Assembly (NCBI GenBank): GCA_963827275.1
Contig: CAWHAA010000001.1
Location: 201,410 to 265,409, forward strand
DNA: 64,000 nucleotides
Source: an uncultured Spirochaetota bacterium
GTDB taxonomy: Bacteria; Spirochaetota; UBA4802; UBA5550
Direction of reading: 5' to 3'
In this document: in pieces, positions 61,901 to 64,000 of the stretch
How positions within the stretch are numbered: position 1 is the stretch's first letter
Layout of the letters: the number at the start of each line of letters is the position of its first letter
Translations under genes and position numbers: made by a program
The notes under the pieces: model-generated
What the model was told of the DNA's origin: nothing
Database searches by the model: none
Seen by the model: the letters and a program-made list of their open reading frames with translations, nothing else

Positions 61901-64000
61901 TTCTCCGGCGTGCCGAAGGGAACATACAACCTGCTGGTGATTGCCTCGCTCCCGAGCGGCAATTCCCTGATCAACACCGTGCTCTTCTTTGTGGACGGGA
62001 CCAACCAGAAGCCGCTCGCAAACGCCGGGGCCAACATGAGCAGAAACGAGGGGGTAACGGCACCCCTCGACGGATCGGGGAGCCATGACCCGGACAGCAA
62101 TGAAATCACCTACATGTGGAGCCAGGTCGCCGGTCCCGCGGTAAAGCTTGCTGGGGACAATAGCGCAACTCCTTCGTTCACCGCGCCCCAGGTGGGCCCG
62201 GGCGGTGCGGACGTGACCCTGCGCCTGCTTGTTGCCGATCAGACATCAGTCAGTGAAGCGGACACGGTCACCATCCACATCAACGATACCGATGGCCGGG
62301 ATGGCGCACCGGTTATGGATGAACCGGTCGCACCGCGCACCCCGTACGGCATAACGCTGTGGGAGATGGGCCGCAATGTGAGCTACATCAGCCAGTTCCA
62401 CCAGTATCTCGGGAGTTCCATCGATTCCTTCCTGCCTGCAGCCGCTCCTGAATCTATAAAGAGGATCATGATAGAGCCGGAGATGATCGATGCGGATAAA
62501 ACCAACGGGTGGTACCGGTATGCCAATTTCCTCGCCACGCACAACGGGGACCAGGGTCCGACCCTCGAGATCCCGGTGGTGATACCCCAAAAAGGCCTCT
62601 ACCGCTTCTGGGTCCGGTACGGGTGCAAGTCAGGCGCCGCGGCGACGACCGGCATAACCATATACCAGGAAGGCAAGAGGGAGCTCGGCCCCGTATTCAC
62701 GGACAGGATGCATGAAACGCCGGCAGCCATGACCGGGTACGCTTTCAAGGACTTCACCGTGGAGCTCCAGGCGGGCAGGTATATCATTAAATTCAGCCAT
62801 GGGATTACACAGATTACCTATATAAACAACCGTTACCTGGATTACATTTACATCACCGACGAGCTGTGGGCGGACGCACCCACGGCGGCCATGGTCCAGG
62901 AGATCAAATCCAATAGCCCGATGAATTACATCCAATGGACCTTTTCCCACGCCCTTACGGCAGAAGAAACAGCCCTCTGGAAGAAGTGGCAGGTACGGCC
63001 CCTCAACTGGGAGAGCAGGGAAGATAACGCCGCCCTTTCGCGCAGTCGCTCGTTTTCTGGCGGCAGAAGGTCGACCAGCTCGCCCTTGCCGCCCACAGCG
63101 AAGACAACCTCAGCCCGGAACGGCAGATCATCTTCGATGACCGGTGGAACATGACGGGCAATCCGAGAAGGATCGCGCAGCGGGTGTCGGAGTTGACCGG
63201 CTCAATCGACTTCAATCCTTCAATGACCTTTGAGCAATATTTACAGAAGGCGCAGAACCTCGGGGCCAACACCGGCAAGGAATACCTGCTCTGGACGCCT
63301 GCCGATCCCTTTGAGCCGCTGGCGCAGAACCTGTGGCCGACAAGCGTCCTCCCTTCGGGTCCCATGGTAATCAACCGCACGGTGCCGAGGGAGGCCTATA
63401 CCTCCCAGCCCATCTTCATCAGGAGCCTGAGAAGCCAGGCCGCCGCGCTCAACGTGGCGGTGACCGGCGGCGTTCCCGGATCGGTCAGGTGGCGCGTCAT
63501 CGGTTTTACCAACGTGGGCTCTAGCGACGCGAGCGACTCCTGGGTTCCCTTCCAGCTCATGACCAGGCCGCAGGTAACCGTGCCTGCCCTGAACGCGGCC
63601 GGCATCTGGCTCACCATCTGCACGAAGAACATGCTGGCGGGCAACCAGTACACGATAACCCTGTCGGGGAAAGGCGTCACCGCGACGAACGTGCAGCTCA
63701 ACCTGCACGTATCGCGCGTCTCCGCCGTCCCGAAACTCCCTACCTCGTCAATGCCTTCACCAGACCTCCCGAGGGCGATGCGTATATCAGGGATTTCGTG
63801 GAGCACGGCCTCAACGTATGGAGGGTGGATTTCAGGGACCAGATGACGAAGAGGAGATGGTGCAATACGGGATCAAGCAGATGTATCGCCTTTTTCAGCA
63901 GGATGCAAGAGCGTTAAACATCCAGCTCTATGTCGACAAGATGCGCCAGCTCGGTTATTCGCCGTCAGACTGGGTGGTAAAGGTCCATGACGAACCGTGG
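58986..64000 (+). CDS. Very large secreted modular protein (beta repeats, Ig-like, PKD-like, possible carbohydrate-active C-terminus); frameshifted and 3'-truncated by the window edge
   Basis: Signal peptide ending LHA; ORFs 58935, 61042, 61379 and 63151 join with single-base corrections near 61127, 61494, 63037, 63738 and 63852; KVEFFNG..LLGED..APY Ig domain; PLANAG...LDGSGSHDPD...YMWSQVAGP PKD-like domain. Confidence 0.78.

Overview
Bacterial chromosomal window, probably from a free-living spirochaete of the Leptospirales-like/Spirochaetota kind (inferred from 7TM-DISM, SpoIIE and MCP sensors, lipoproteins and a DUF1564-like gene; not provable here). Housekeeping genes (ilvB-ilvN-ilvC, tkt, polA, apbE, pyrD, hisC) are interleaved with accessory blocks. 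These are: an AT-richer SpoIIE/MCP/SDR/enoyl-CoA hydratase/TetR block (0.9-7.6 kb); an IclR-controlled CoA ligase + two 2-hydroxyacyl-CoA dehydratase/benzoyl-CoA reductase-type subunits + BASS transporter operon (15.2-21.9 kb); a decayed patch with a GH64 glucanase remnant and an IS91-family transposase remnant whose 3' end is duplicated around an outer-membrane protein gene (21.8-23.8 kb); two divergent large secreted proteins (31-37 kb); a lipid/acyl-CoA catabolic cluster (40.3-51.1 kb); and a very large repeat-rich secreted protein running off the right edge. A palindrome, TACCGATA-AC-TATCGGTA, recurs as paired intergenic copies and inside two genes, one of them a putative ribbon-helix-helix regulator. 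Six genes are split by single-base indels, mostly in short homopolymers, which most likely reflects long-read assembly error. I found no rRNA, tRNA or CRISPR array. All family assignments are from motif recognition by eye; no searches were run.
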